A stretch of 64,000 nt of DNA from Hypanus sabinus. Its lineage: Eukaryota. The stretch is taken from NCBI RefSeq assembly GCF_030144855.1, contig NC_082712.1, positions 9,982,001 to 10,046,000 of the forward strand, in the 5' to 3' direction. Positions 62,640-64,000 of this stretch are shown piece by piece; the stretch's first letter is position 1; the number at the start of each line of letters is the position of its first letter. Under the pieces are notes generated by a model. It made no database searches, was not told the origin of the DNA, and was given only the letters and a program-made list of their open reading frames with translations. Both the position numbers and the translations under genes were made by a program.

Positions 62640-63500
62640 TACATCCACACTATATAGTCCTTTCGACATTCGTTAGGTTTCAATGAGATCTGCTCACATC
62701 CTTCTAAATTCCAGTGAATACAGGCAGAAAACTGCCAAACAGAACTCGTATGTTAATCCCTTCATTCCCAGAATCCTCCTCGTGAACCTCCTCTGGAATC
62801 TCTCCAATGAAAGCACATCTTTTCGGAGATATGGGGCACAAAACTGTTCTTATAACTTAAAGGAACAACAGCACAGTGTGTCTTAATGCACTCACCATAC
62901 TCTGTAAATCAAACTTGCCAACTATTATAAGCTGCACCCCTGCCCACTCCAAGCGCACGCACGCACGCACACACACACACCTATGATTTGCTGTAAGTGG
63001 GGCAATGGAGCATTGTGACCAGTTTTGGGCCCCTTCTCTAAGGAAATAAGGGCTGGCATTGGAGATGTTCCAGAAAAGGTTCACGAGAATGATTCTGGGA
63101 ATGAGAGGGTTAACATAAGAGGGAAGTTTAATGGTCTTGGGACTGTATTCAATGGAGTTTAGCAGAATGGCAGGGGGTGAGCTCATTGCATTCTGTCGAA
63201 AGCCCTAGACAGAGGCAATTGTAACAGGATATTTCCTATAGTGGCAAGTCTAGGACAAAAAGGGCAGGTCTCAGAATAGAGGGGTGTCCACTTGAAACAG
63301 AGATGAGGAGGACTTTCACTAGTCAGGGTTTAGTGAATCTGTGGAATTCATTGCCACAAATGGCAGTGGAGGCAATGTCATTGTGTATATTTAAAGCGGA
63401 GGTAGATAGGTTCTTGATTAATGAGAGTGTCAAACATTACTGTGTAGAGGCAGAAGAAAGGGATTGAGGGTTAAAACAAATAATCATGACGGGATGGCTG
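62640..63500. mobile_element. Two CR1 3' fragments in opposite orientations
   Basis: ORF 62683..62886(+) and ORF 62857..63186(-) translate to near-identical antisense-CR1 peptides (ILLNSSEY..YVNP.IPRI.LVNL.WN.SN.S..F.R.GAQN). Confidence 0.75.
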
Positions 63501-64000
63501 ATGTCTCATGTGGGTAGAATAAACTAATTCTGCTCTTGTATTTTACGGTTGTAATTGAGGATGTCTTTACAAACACTCTGAGAACTAAGTAATACAACTC
63601 CATATCCTACAATGGGAAAATAGTCCATCACACACAGGAACACTTCCATACACAGGAAGAGGCAGAACAAACGTGAAATTCTACAAGATTTCAAACAATC
63701 CATGGCCAAAGTCACTCAAATCTCATGTCTTCCCCATTCTGATATGTGACCTGAAATATAGCTAAAATTCTTGACCACATCTGCATGCCCTTTTGCATTA
63801 ATTACTGCCATATGATTTGCTGATTAGTTCCTTGGAGTAACGATCATGTGTACCTAGTAAAACGGCCACTGGCATAAGTCACTGATAACAAATTTGACTG
63901 GATGCATGGGAATATAAAAATGAAACATATTTCTCATTTCCTGCATCTGTAGTGTTAGGATTTCCAGCAAAAATTTCTGCCTTAAGCAATGGAAGCTTTT

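Noticed and set aside
56200-64000. A paired inhibitory paralogue of the receptor
   Set aside because: Scanning the non-repeat stretches by eye found no Ig, signal-peptide or TM exons; a partner may lie outside the window.

Overview
Eukaryotic, repeat-dense vertebrate DNA. The CR1, V-SINE and Penelope-type repeat content suggests a cartilaginous fish, probably a ray (inference). One host gene can be assembled by hand on the + strand: signal-peptide exon (10951-11011), Siglec-type V-set exon (~12482-12865), second V-set exon (21314-21700), transmembrane exon with a central Lys (24399-24498) and an uncertain short last exon near 25175-25474. This predicts a ~320-aa SP-V-V-TM(K) activating immune lectin that resembles Siglec-15 but has no visible C2 domain. 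Its first domain has a PILR-like loss of the B-strand Cys but keeps the CRVEL arginine; its second domain has lost that arginine. Almost everything else is retroelement. There is a chromodomain Gypsy remnant (1-3580) and an intronic L1 whose RT region is replaced by an LTR-less Gypsy gag-pol block (13132-20631). A 22-kb Gmr1-like LTR element (33767-56008) carries a nested solo LTR, an L1, a near-intact CR1, an antisense L1 fragment and two more CR1s. CR1, Rex1/Babar, SINE and Penelope-like debris fill the rest. Three N gaps are present, two of them inside the gene. All assignments are by eye, without database searches.
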